Shown: positions 19,801-31,012 of the stretch, one piece after another | How the letters are laid out: every line of letters begins with the position of its first letter | Numbering within the stretch: position 1 is the stretch's first letter | NCBI GenBank assembly: GCA_963827595.1 | Contig: CAWHBT010000017.1 | Span: 14,196-78,195 of the forward strand | Length of the DNA: 64,000 bases | Source: an uncultured beta proteobacterium | GTDB taxonomy: Bacteria > Pseudomonadota > Gammaproteobacteria > Burkholderiales > SG8-39 | Direction of reading: 5' to 3' | The notes under the pieces: generated by a model | Databases searched by the model: none | What the model was told of the DNA's origin: nothing | The model's input: only the letters and a program-made list of their open reading frames with translations | Program-made: the position numbers and the translations under genes

Positions 19801-19879
19801 TAGGCGAAGAGGGACTCGTCAACCCTCAACCCTCGGCACCTAACAGCGCCGATGCTCTGCCAACTTGAGCTATCCGCCT
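19801..19879 (-). tRNA. tRNA-like element with non-canonical loops (possible decayed tRNA-Asn(GUU))
   Basis: The reverse complement folds as a cloverleaf: acceptor AGGCGGA/TTCGCCT, D-arm GCTC-AAGTTGGCA-GAGC, anticodon stem TCGGC/GCCGA, T-stem GAGGG/CCCTC. However, the anticodon loop is 8-10 nt (contains CTGTTA) and the T-loop is 9 nt (TTGACGAGT). No encoded CCA. Confidence 0.4.
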
Positions 19880-20322
19880 AAGGCAAACCCTAATGCGTCT
19901 CCCTCGGCAAGAAGGCAAAACATCGTTACAAGAGTGAGCGACGTCACGTCGCTTGGGCATTCACCCGCGAGGCGCCGTCGACATAGCCGAATCAGCTCAT
20001 CGTATTCCCGTGGTGAGCCCAGTACTGGAAATTCACCATCTTTGACTGTCGGCGCACGCAAGAGGGGCTAGGCTTTTCTTGCCGGCGCGCGAGCTCTCCC
20101 CGACAGATGGGCGCGCCGTGGATAGGAGCGACCCGCGGCGATGATCTCGAAAACAGCATCGGTTTACGACGACGCTATGCGCGCTATTTGGCAGGACGTG
20201 TGCATGGCAGCGCTACTTGCCGTCGTCGCGTGTGTCCTCGCGATCTTTGCTGCCTGAACGTGCTTTGCGAGCAAAGCCGGATGCGGCGCTCGAACTGAGG
20301 AACGAGCTCCGTGGAGGGAGAA

Positions 20323-20568
20323 ATGTCAACGGCTGAGGATAGGCGGCGTTGGATCGTGCGGCGGGTGTGGGTCGTCGATCCCGACGGGACGAAGCGGGGC
20401 GGGACGCTATGGTGGCTCGACCGCGATAGCGCGCAGATTCGGGTGGACAATCTCTCGGGTGTAACCGTGCTGCCAGTCGCGGCGCGCGGCAAGCGCTGGG
20501 ACTTCGTCGATCGGTGGGATTTCGTCGATAGCCAAGGCAAGGCGCCCGTTGCTCGCTCTTTGGATTAG
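20323..20568 (+). CDS. hypothetical protein (81 aa) with tandem RWDFVD repeat
   Basis: ATG preceded by GGAGGGAGAA. Moderate GC3 bias. No family recognised. Confidence 0.4.
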   Translation: MSTAEDRRRWIVRRVWVVDPDGTKRGGTLWWLDRDSAQIRVDNLSGVTVLPVAARGKRWDFVDRWDFVDSQGKAPVARSLD

Positions 20569-20861
20569 AGGCTGACCGACCGGTGCTGCGCGGCACTTTC
20601 AGCGGCTGGCAACCGCTCTCGAACTTGACCCGAACCTCGCCGAAATAGCCTGACGTCATCAAGGGGACGTGCAGAACGGCCGCCACGTCGGCGAAACTCT
20701 CCTTGCGCCATCGCCCGTCTTGGGGGCGAGCGAAGTCCCCCGGAGACGAGGCGGTAACTTGTCACTACCCCTCCGGCAACAATGCCCCCCGCGCGACTTC
20801 GGCCAGGCCTATCCTACGGACAGAGTTGGATAGGCCAGTGGTACACAACGAGGAAGTGACT

Positions 20862-21176
20862 ATGGTGAAGACCTTGCCGAAGGGGCACGTATCGTGCCTG
20901 TCGAGTGCTTTTCGGTATACGCCCGCGGTGCACACGAATGTCGCGAGCACTTTCGCGCGGATCAGTCGAGAGCTCGGGGCACAGGAGGTGGCCGTTTCCG
21001 CTTCCGGGAGGCGAATTGAAGCCTTACCTGCTCTTGTACATCATCCCTTCCCTCGATTCACGCTGTCGGGGCGCCCCAGTCTCGATGCGTCAGTCATCCG
21101 CCAGCCCCGGCCGTGCACACTGGGCGACGGCAACAATGGTCAGTTTCGGGTCAAGAGGCTGAACACGGCGCGGTGA
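20862..21176 (+). CDS. hypothetical protein (104 aa)
   Basis: ATG preceded by GAGGAAG. GC3 bias is good in the first half only (MVKTLPKGHVSCLSSAFRYTPAVHTNVASTFARISREL), so the real product may be shorter. Confidence 0.35.
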   Translation: MVKTLPKGHVSCLSSAFRYTPAVHTNVASTFARISRELGAQEVAVSASGRRIEALPALVHHPFPRFTLSGRPSLDASVIRQPRPCTLGDGNNGQFRVKRLNTAR

Positions 21177-21275
21177 AGGGGTCACAAGCCCTGGAGCAAT
21201 GGTGCCCAGTCTATTCTGCCCTCTCCGGCGGAGGCGGCGTCAAGCCTGGACGGAGTGTATCCAAGGAGCTCGGCT

Positions 21276-21689
21276 ATGCGCTTGCTCGTAACCTTGAGCG
21301 GTGACGTGGATAGATACCTGGTTAGAGGTGGCATCTGGGAGCTCGGTGGCTACTCCTATCGGGCTTACGTCCACCTCGTCCCGTCGGCACCCCGCCTCGA
21401 CCTCTCCGAGGCAGTCGTACTCGTTTCACTTAGTGGCCCGAGCTTGCAAGGAGTACTCGATGCGGCCACCGCGCGCGTAATGACTGCAATCGGGAAACCG
21501 GTGCAGAACCTCCAGGTGCGCGCCGTGCCGGACAACTCCGAAGCATCGAGCGGAAGAGGGACCGTCCCTCATCCTCTTGGTGCCGCGCAGCCCGCGGGCT
21601 CGCGGCCTTCTGTCTCGTTCCGGTTACCGTCGCGTCTCAGCGGTTCTTCGCAGGAACGGAACGGTCGCCCCGACCGGCTCGATCCGTAG
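21276..21689 (+). CDS. hypothetical protein (137 aa)
   Basis: ATG preceded by AAGGAG. Coding bias is moderate. The C-terminal third is low-complexity Ser/Pro/Arg-rich. Confidence 0.35.
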   Translation: MRLLVTLSGDVDRYLVRGGIWELGGYSYRAYVHLVPSAPRLDLSEAVVLVSLSGPSLQGVLDAATARVMTAIGKPVQNLQVRAVPDNSEASSGRGTVPHPLGAAQPAGSRPSVSFRLPSRLSGSSQERNGRPDRLDP

Positions 21690-21702
21690 AGCGCGACGAC
21701 GG

Positions 21703-22755
21703 TCAGTTGCAAAGGCCGAGGATCCGCTCCTCCGGCGAACACGCGCGCGCGGGCTTTGCTCGAGTTTTGGTCTTCTCGGCGACGCAATTGCGGATCTCTC
21801 TAGTCGTGGTCCTGTAGTAGGTCCAGCCTGGAGCGAGCTCCGGGAGCGTCAAGTCGACCTCGCGCCATTTGGGATGGCCTTCGGCCTGCAGCTTGGAGAA
21901 ATTCTGGCACAGCGATCGCCCGAACCGCGCCAGCGCGGCGACCGTGCCCTGCATGTTGTAGTCGTAGGTGACGAGGTATGCACCCACCGCGATCGTGGTG
22001 AAATCTTCGGTCAACAGCTGCGGATAGCTGCTGGTGCGGACGGTGGAGTGCGTGTAGGTCGTGAGCGGAAGCTTGCTCAAGGGATGATTGGGATCGAACT
22101 TGAGGAACTTGATCAGCTTCTGCGCCTCGGGCCGCATGTTCGCCACCAGCGGCGCCGGCTGTCCAGCAGCCACGACGACCACGTCGATCGATTTGTCGCC
22201 GATCAGCTTGACCAGCGCTTCTTCCATCGCGATGTAGCTTGCGTTTGCCTCGGGAATCGGGCCGCCGAACATCATCCGATAGACCGTATGGGTGATGAGC
22301 GCCGCCCCACTTCCGACCAACCCGCCGTTGATTTTCGCGTTCTTGATGTCGTGGAGGTAGTTCAGCTCGGAGTCGGCTCTGACGATGTAGTGAATCTCGG
22401 TGTTGTAAAGCGGGAGGATGACTCTCAGGGGGCGGATGATTGCACCCGCCTCGGGGTTCCCGGCGCTCGCTCGATCGACGAAGGCTTGATAGACGTCGGC
22501 CTGGACGATCGCGAATTTCACCCCCGGCTCGTAACGAAGCAGGTGGATGTTCGCGGCGGACCCCGCCGTCGGCAGGACCTCCAGATCGATATCCGCAACC
22601 GGCGCCACAAACTTGGCGAGATCGGTTCCGATAGCGAAATAGGTGCCGCGCTCCGACGCGGTCACGATCTTGTAGGCTGCCGAAGCCGCCGGCGCAACCC
22701 CGCTCTGAAAATACAACCCTGCGGCGAGCAGCGCTCCTGTGAGTTTACGCACCAT
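21703..22755 (-). CDS. TAXI-family TRAP-type solute-binding protein (orphan; no permease nearby)
   Basis: Signal peptide, then YKIVTASERGTYFAIGTDLAKF...LPTAGSAANIHLL...YNTEIHYIVRADS...DVVVVAAGQP, which is typical of TAXI/NMT1-like receptors. It ends ...ACSPEERILGLCN. Its start codon lies 1 nt after the stop of the upstream Zn-ribbon gene. Confidence 0.75.
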   Translation of the reverse strand: MVRKLTGALLAAGLYFQSGVAPAASAAYKIVTASERGTYFAIGTDLAKFVAPVADIDLEVLPTAGSAANIHLLRYEPGVKFAIVQADVYQAFVDRASAGNPEAGAIIRPLRVILPLYNTEIHYIVRADSELNYLHDIKNAKINGGLVGSGAALITHTVYRMMFGGPIPEANASYIAMEEALVKLIGDKSIDVVVVAAGQPAPLVANMRPEAQKLIKFLKFDPNHPLSKLPLTTYTHSTVRTSSYPQLLTEDFTTIAVGAYLVTYDYNMQGTVAALARFGRSLCQNFSKLQAEGHPKWREVDLTLPELAPGWTYYRTTTREIRNCVAEKTKTRAKPARACSPEERILGLCN

Positions 22756-22756
22756 A

Positions 22757-23665
22757 CTATTCCCTCCGCTGAATGGATTCTGGCGCGCACAGCCCGAGCG
22801 CCGCTGCCCCGTCAGTGCACGGCCCTACGCGCGGGGGTTGACGCTCGAGGATCCCCGAGCCAGCTCCGGCGGAGCGCGGGCGCGCGACCGCTGCTGGCAG
22901 GGGGGGAGTAGCTTCCGACGGATCCTTTCCCTGAGTCGTGGCTTGTAGCACGCTGGTGGTTCCGTCGGACGAACGAGCAACGGGAGCCGCCGCCGTTGAG
23001 CGTGCATCACCGCCTCCCGAACGGATTGCGGGGTCAGCCGCGACGGGAGGCGTAACTGCGAGGGCCGGAGTCGATGCACTAGGCACTCCGCCATCTGCGC
23101 CCGTGGCGGCGGAGCTGCCGAGATCTTTCACGGTACCCCTCGCCGCAGGGCCTTGTGGGATGTCGAGAACTGGAGGCTCGCGGTATGCGTAGTACCCGGC
23201 CGCGGCAAGGACGGCGAGGACCACCGTACCGACGATCACGGCCAGGCGGCGACGCGGGCCGATCTGCGGTATCCGGATTGCCGGGGATCTGGCGGTTGCC
23301 GACGCGCCCGAATCGGTATTGGCCAGCTGTCGCTGCATCTCCTGCAAAGTCTCGAGATCGCGATTGAGTCCGTCAACACCGAGAACCGGCTGCGCGCTCG
23401 GTTGCGTTCTGCCTTCAGCGGTCCACGCTCCGGACTTCACAGCGTCCCACGCGAGTCCGCCTGGCGGCTTCTCGAGCAACGCGGCAGCGCATTGGTGACA
23501 ACTCGTCGCTAGCGGATCGTTCACCGCTCCACAGCGGGCGCACGGGACCAAGTGCATCGGAGTGCCGCAGGCGTTGCAAAACTTCGAGCCCGCCGGGTTG
23601 ATGTGCTCGCAGAACGGGCACGCGGCAGACCGCATCGACGGGTTCGCAACCAAGCTTCTGGTCAT
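22757..23665 (-). CDS. double zinc-ribbon membrane protein with Ala/Pro/Ser-rich periplasmic tail
   Basis: CPFCEHINPAGSKFCNACG and CARCGAVNDPLATSCHQC form two CxxC...CxxC ribbons. One TM helix (LAVIVGTVVLAVLAAAGYYAY) is followed by a low-complexity tail ending PCTDGAAALGLCAPESIQRRE. The start is uncertain (23701 TTG, 23665 ATG or 23635 ATG). Confidence 0.6.
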   Translation of the reverse strand: MTRSLVANPSMRSAACPFCEHINPAGSKFCNACGTPMHLVPCARCGAVNDPLATSCHQCAAALLEKPPGGLAWDAVKSGAWTAEGRTQPSAQPVLGVDGLNRDLETLQEMQRQLANTDSGASATARSPAIRIPQIGPRRRLAVIVGTVVLAVLAAAGYYAYREPPVLDIPQGPAARGTVKDLGSSAATGADGGVPSASTPALAVTPPVAADPAIRSGGGDARSTAAAPVARSSDGTTSVLQATTQGKDPSEATPPLPAAVARPRSAGAGSGILERQPPRVGPCTDGAAALGLCAPESIQRRE

Positions 23666-24038
23666 TAGCCTTCGGAAAGCACTGGGACTTCGTCTACCCA
23701 ACGTCCTGACCGGAAGGAAGTCAGACTGTAACTCGACGACGTCGCGAGAAGGTCAAACCCTGTCACAGGCGCGCACGAGGTCACGCTATCCTGACACACC
23801 TCCTCGGCGAGGCGCTATGTCATTCAGCCGTGGCGCACCTGCCGCACCTACCGTGCGCCCGCTTCCGATTGCGGCGAACCCCAGACGTAGCGTCCGGATC
23901 GGTAGGATTCAGGCCGGGCCGCGGGCCGCCGTCTAGGCAGCGTGCGCGGGGGTGACTCCTCGCGTTCGCGTCCATGGCTGTGTCCATAGTTGCCATTCCA
24001 AGTTGGAACTACAGCTTTTACAATAGCTTACTGCACAT

Positions 24039-24809
24039 ATGAAGTTCGCGACGTGGAACGTCAACTCGCTGAATGTCCGCCTCCCCCATCTGCTCGACTG
24101 GCTCGAACGCGAGCGACCCGACGTCGTCTGCCTCCAGGAAACCAAGGTCGAGGATCCGAAGTTCCCGGCGGCCGCGCTCGAGGCCGCCGGCTACGGTTCC
24201 GCGTTCGCCGGCCAGAAGGCCTACAACGGGGTGGCGATCCTCGCGCGCGCGCCGCTCACCGACGTGCGGCTCGGGATCCCGAGTCTCGAGGACGACCAGC
24301 GACGGGTCGTGTCCGCGCTCGCCGACGGCATCCGCGTGGTCTGTGCGTACGTACCGAACGGTCAGGCGGTCGGCACGGAGAAGTACGAGTACAAGCTCAA
24401 GTGGCTGCGCGCGTTCGCCGACTGGCTGCGGGGCGAGCTCGCGGCGCACCCGAACCTCGTCGTCCTCGGCGACTACAACGTCGCCCCCGAGGACCGGGAC
24501 GTGCACGACCCGCGGCTCTGGCAAGGGCAGGTGCTGTGCAGCGAGCCGGAGCGCGCCGCGTTCCGACGGCTCCTCGAGCTCGGGCTGAAGGACGGGTTTC
24601 GGCTCTTCGAGCAGCCGGAGAAGTCGTTCAGCTGGTGGGACTACCGCTTGAACGCATTCAAACGCAACATGGGTCTCAGGATCGACCACATCCTCGTCTC
24701 GCCGACGCTCGCCGGGAAGTGCCGGACATGCACGATCGACCGCGGGCCGCGCGCCCTGGAGCGACCGTCCGACCACGCGCCGGTCATCGCCGAGTTCGAG
24801 GTGAAGTGA
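24039..24809 (+). CDS. xthA: exodeoxyribonuclease III
   Basis: [15 protein letters not shown]...VVCLQETK...GDYNVAP...SDHAPV are EEP-family ExoIII motifs. 256 aa. Confidence 0.92.
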   Translation: MKFATWNVNSLNVRLPHLLDWLERERPDVVCLQETKVEDPKFPAAALEAAGYGSAFAGQKAYNGVAILARAPLTDVRLGIPSLEDDQRRVVSALADGIRVVCAYVPNGQAVGTEKYEYKLKWLRAFADWLRGELAAHPNLVVLGDYNVAPEDRDVHDPRLWQGQVLCSEPERAAFRRLLELGLKDGFRLFEQPEKSFSWWDYRLNAFKRNMGLRIDHILVSPTLAGKCRTCTIDRGPRALERPSDHAPVIAEFEVK

Positions 24810-24819
24810 GGACGAACAG

Positions 24820-25245
24820 ATGATGTCGCACGCCGCGGGACCTGCGGACGCGATCCGGAAGCTCGGCTTCAAGAAGTGGTACGAGCGCCAGCTCATCGAG
24901 AGCCACGCCTACCTCGTTACCTGCTTCCTGTGCCTCATCCTCGCCGTCACCCTGCTCGAGGGGTTCAGCTTCCGTGCGCCGGGGCTGCAGCCCCTCATCG
25001 GCCTAGCGTTGATTGCCGGTGGCGGGTTCGTCGGGCTCTTCTCCCTGCGGCGGTACGGGGCGATCATGGGCGAGGCGGAGCGCCTCAGCCAGCGCTCGAC
25101 CTGCGCCGGCTGCGGCGCGTATGCGACGTTCGACGTCCTCGAGTCCGGCGGCAGCGACGGGCCGTCGCAGGCCGGCGACGGGACGCCGACCACGTGGCTG
25201 CGCGTGCGCTGCCGCAAGTGCGGCCACGGCTGGACGATGCCGTGA
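24820..25245 (+). CDS. membrane protein with C-terminal zinc-ribbon-like CxxC...CxxC
   Basis: Two hydrophobic helices, then CAGCGAY...VRCRKCGHGW. High GC3. Its stop overlaps the start of the next gene (GTGA at 25242-25245). Confidence 0.5.
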   Translation: MMSHAAGPADAIRKLGFKKWYERQLIESHAYLVTCFLCLILAVTLLEGFSFRAPGLQPLIGLALIAGGGFVGLFSLRRYGAIMGEAERLSQRSTCAGCGAYATFDVLESGGSDGPSQAGDGTPTTWLRVRCRKCGHGWTMP

Positions 25246-25922
25246 GCGGCGCGCCGGCGAGAACGGTCGTGCTCTGCACGGTGGTACTCGCCGCAGCGTT
25301 CGTGCTCGACTGGCTCGCGCCGTTGTGGGGCCAGCTCGCCGCCGGGCTGCTGACCTGGGCGGTCGCGTTGTTCTTCATCGGCCGCGCCGACGCCGCCCAG
25401 CGGCCGATGCTCTTCTGGTGCCTGGCCTGGGCCACCGCCGGCGAGCTGTTCTGCTCGCTCGCGTGGGGCCTCTACACGTACCGCCTGGGAAACATCCCGC
25501 ACTTCGTTCCGCCCGGCCACGTCCTGCTGTTCCTGATCGGCTGGCAGCTCGCGCCGCGGGTACCGCAGGCCGCGGCGCACGCGCTCACCGCGGCCTACGC
25601 CGTCCTCGCGCTGCTCGCGCTGATCCTGTTGCAGGACCAGTTCAGCGTCCTGCTGTTCGCGGTGTACGGGACCCTGTATTGGCGCGCGCCCGGTCTGCGC
25701 AGCCTGCTGGCGACGATGTTCGGCCTCACGCTCGGGATGGAGCTCTTCGGCACGTCGCTCGGCACGTGGGGTTGGGCCGAGCGCACGCCCTGGCTCGGCC
25801 TGACGACGATCAACCCGCCGGTGGCGGTGGGAGCGTTCTATTGCACGCTGGACGCGCTGATCGTCGGGTCGATCCGCGCCAGCGCGAGCGTCCGGCGCGC
25901 GGCGCTCCCCGCTCCCGCGTAA
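25242..25922 (+). CDS. polytopic membrane protein, unknown family
   Basis: GTG start, in frame within track ORF 24876..25922. About six hydrophobic segments and high GC3. Confidence 0.5.
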   Translation: MSGAPARTVVLCTVVLAAAFVLDWLAPLWGQLAAGLLTWAVALFFIGRADAAQRPMLFWCLAWATAGELFCSLAWGLYTYRLGNIPHFVPPGHVLLFLIGWQLAPRVPQAAAHALTAAYAVLALLALILLQDQFSVLLFAVYGTLYWRAPGLRSLLATMFGLTLGMELFGTSLGTWGWAERTPWLGLTTINPPVAVGAFYCTLDALIVGSIRASASVRRAALPAPA

Positions 25923-25937
25923 GCGGGCGGGCGAGCG

Positions 25938-27584
<1,647 letters not shown>

Positions 27585-27682
27585 GAGCGAATCTCGGAGC
27601 GGACGGACCGCACGATTCTACCGCAGCGCGGCGCGATTGCCGCACTGCAAAACCCATCCCGGATTGCGAAAATCGGCGCCGC

Positions 27683-29092
<1,410 letters not shown>

Positions 29093-29104
29093 CGGGGGGA
29101 TCCG

Positions 29105-30211
29105 TCAGGGGACGCGCCCATCGCCGCGGCCCTCGTTCTTCCGTCGCCGACCCAGCGGCAGCAGGATCGTGAACGCCGTCCGGCCGGGGCGGCTGTCGCA
29201 TTCGATCGAACCGTCATGGTGCTGCACGTACGTCTGGGCAAGCGTGAGGCCAAGGCCCGTGCCGCCGTCCCGTCCGGAGACGAGCGGATGGAACATCCGC
29301 TCCCGCAGCCCGGACGGGATGCCGGGTCCGTTGTCGATCACTTGCAATTCTAGTGCCAGGCGGTGCTGACGCCGCGCAATCGTGGCCGAGCGCGCGGCGC
29401 GGGTGCGCAGGGCGATCTCCCCGGGCGGATCGGCGGCGCTCCGGCGCGCCCCGAGCACCGCCTGCGCGGCGTTGCGGACGACGTTGAGCAGCGCCTGGAT
29501 CAGCTGCTCGCGGTCGCCCTCGATCTCCGGGAGGCTCGCGTCGTAGTCGCGCACGATCCGCACGCCCTCGGGGAACTCCGCGAGGATGAGGCTCCGTACC
29601 CGCTCGCAGACTTCGTGGGTGTTCACCGGCCCGAGGAGCGGCGGCCGGTGGGGCGTGAGGAGGCGATCCATCAGGAGCTGGAGCCGGTCGGCCTCCTTGA
29701 TGATCACCTGGGTGTACTCGCGCAAATCCGCCCGGTCGAGCTCCCGCTCGAGGAGCTGCGCCGAGCCGCGCAGCCCGCCGAGCGGGTTCTTGATCTCGTG
29801 GGCGAGGCTCCGGATCAGCTCCCGGTTCGCGACCGCCTGGGTGAGCTCGCGCTCCTCGCGCTCGATCCGCAGATGCTGGTCGGTCGAACGCAGCTCCAGC
29901 ACGAGCCGGCCGCGCTCCGCTTCGGCCGGCGTCGCGAGGCAGCTGAAATGCAGGGGTGGCGAGCCCCGGCGCCCGAGCTCGAGGGAGCGGTCCCAGAAAC
30001 CCCAGTTGCGCTCGATCGCCTGGCGGAGCTTCGCCTCGAACGCGCCAGCGTCGGTGAAGAGCTCCGGCAGCCGCTGGCCGCGGAGCTGCTTCGCGGCGAG
30101 CTCCAGCAGATGCTCCGCGGCGGGATTCGCATGCACCACGCGGAGCTCCGCGTCGAGCACGACGACCGCGGTGCCGAGGAGGTCCAGGCCGGTGAACGCC
30201 GCGTGGCTCAC
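29105..30211 (-). CDS. ntrB: nitrogen regulation sensor histidine kinase NR(II)
   Basis: PAS-like N-domain, H-box SLAHEIKNPLGG, and N and G boxes (DNGPGIP, GTGLGL). It lies immediately upstream of ntrC. Confidence 0.88.
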   Translation of the reverse strand: MSHAAFTGLDLLGTAVVVLDAELRVVHANPAAEHLLELAAKQLRGQRLPELFTDAGAFEAKLRQAIERNWGFWDRSLELGRRGSPPLHFSCLATPAEAERGRLVLELRSTDQHLRIEREERELTQAVANRELIRSLAHEIKNPLGGLRGSAQLLERELDRADLREYTQVIIKEADRLQLLMDRLLTPHRPPLLGPVNTHEVCERVRSLILAEFPEGVRIVRDYDASLPEIEGDREQLIQALLNVVRNAAQAVLGARRSAADPPGEIALRTRAARSATIARRQHRLALELQVIDNGPGIPSGLRERMFHPLVSGRDGGTGLGLTLAQTYVQHHDGSIECDSRPGRTAFTILLPLGRRRKNEGRGDGRVP

Positions 30212-30302
30212 GCCACGCTCCCGGGGGATTTACAACGGGGCTTGCCCCCGTTCCCGGTTGGTACGAAGGCCTTTCCCTGGCTGCAGGCCAGGGAGGCGCG
30301 GC

Positions 30303-30818
30303 TTACCGCAGTCCCGCGAGCTCTTTCTTGAGCGCCGCGATGTTGCGCTCGTGGCGCTCCACCGTGTCCTGGAACGGCTTCAGGCGGTCGAGGACGCGCT
30401 GATAGTTCTTCTCGTCGCCGTAGCGCACCGCTTCCTGCGCGGCGAGCTTCGCCTTGGCGTCGATCAGCCCCTTCTCCTCGGTGGAGAGCTCGTCCTCGAG
30501 GATCCGGCGGCGGCCCTCGTCGCGGGTCTTCTGCGTGTCCCGGTCGACCTTGGGGAAGCCCGAGCCGGCCTTCTCTGAGGCCGCGGACCGCGAGGGCGGC
30601 GGCGGCGTTGAGACGACCGAGACCTCCTTGGTCACGACCGTGCACTGTTTCCCTTCGGTCTCTTTCTTGATGTTGGTGTAGTGCGCTCGGCCGTCCGCCT
30701 CCACGCATTTCCACACCGTCCCCTGCGGCTGCGCCTGCGGCTGCGGCTGCGCCTGCGCCTGCGCCCCCGATGCTGCTGCCAGGGCGGCGCAAGCCAACCA
30801 GACCTTCACGTGTGCCAT
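30303..30818 (-). CDS. DUF4124 domain-containing exported protein
   Basis: Signal peptide, a Gln/Pro repeat and a DUF4124-like VWKCVEADGRAHYTN motif, followed by a coiled-coil-like C-terminus. It lies between glnA and ntrB. Confidence 0.6.
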   Translation of the reverse strand: MAHVKVWLACAALAAASGAQAQAQPQPQAQPQGTVWKCVEADGRAHYTNIKKETEGKQCTVVTKEVSVVSTPPPPSRSAASEKAGSGFPKVDRDTQKTRDEGRRRILEDELSTEEKGLIDAKAKLAAQEAVRYGDEKNYQRVLDRLKPFQDTVERHERNIAALKKELAGLR

Positions 30819-30960
30819 TGGGACCATCCGGAGCGAGGACGAGCTCGCAGTCTAGGTGAAGATCGTCCTGATTACAAACCACTTTCCGGCGCTCTGGGGG
30901 CCCTATTTCACGGCGCCGGACATCCCCGGGGGTGGCGGCGGATAACGGGCTCACGGGACG

Positions 30961-30989
30961 GGAAGAAAGGCGGGGGCACCGCCCCCGCC
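30961..30989 (-). terminator. glnA terminator
   Basis: On the minus strand: GGCGGGGGC-GGT-GCCCCCGCC followed by TTTCTTCC, 24 nt after the glnA stop. Confidence 0.5.
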
Positions 30990-31012
30990 GTGCGCGGTGG
31001 CGCGATGACCGG

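Larger units (their letters stand above)
19560..23990. other. lower-GC islet (putative horizontally acquired DNA; no mobility gene seen)
   Basis: G+C and GC3 are visibly lower than in the flanking core genes. It contains the tRNA-like element, three unrecognisable ORFs and the Zn-ribbon/TAXI pair. Boundaries are approximate. Confidence 0.4.

Noticed and set aside
20203-20256. 17-codon hydrophobic mini-ORF (MAALLAVVACVLAIFAA) followed by the hairpin GCTTTGC-GA-GCAAAGC; considered as a type I toxin-like peptide or lipoprotein signal remnant
   Set aside because: It is too short, has a weak ribosome-binding site and shows no antisense RNA features that I can support. It could easily be chance.
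30234-30293. Two 7-bp hairpins (AACGGGG/CCCCGTT and CCCTGGC/GCCAGGG) between the DUF4124 gene and ntrB; considered as terminators or attenuators
   Set aside because: Neither is followed by a U-run on the transcribed (minus) strand. Short GC-rich hairpins are common in this composition.
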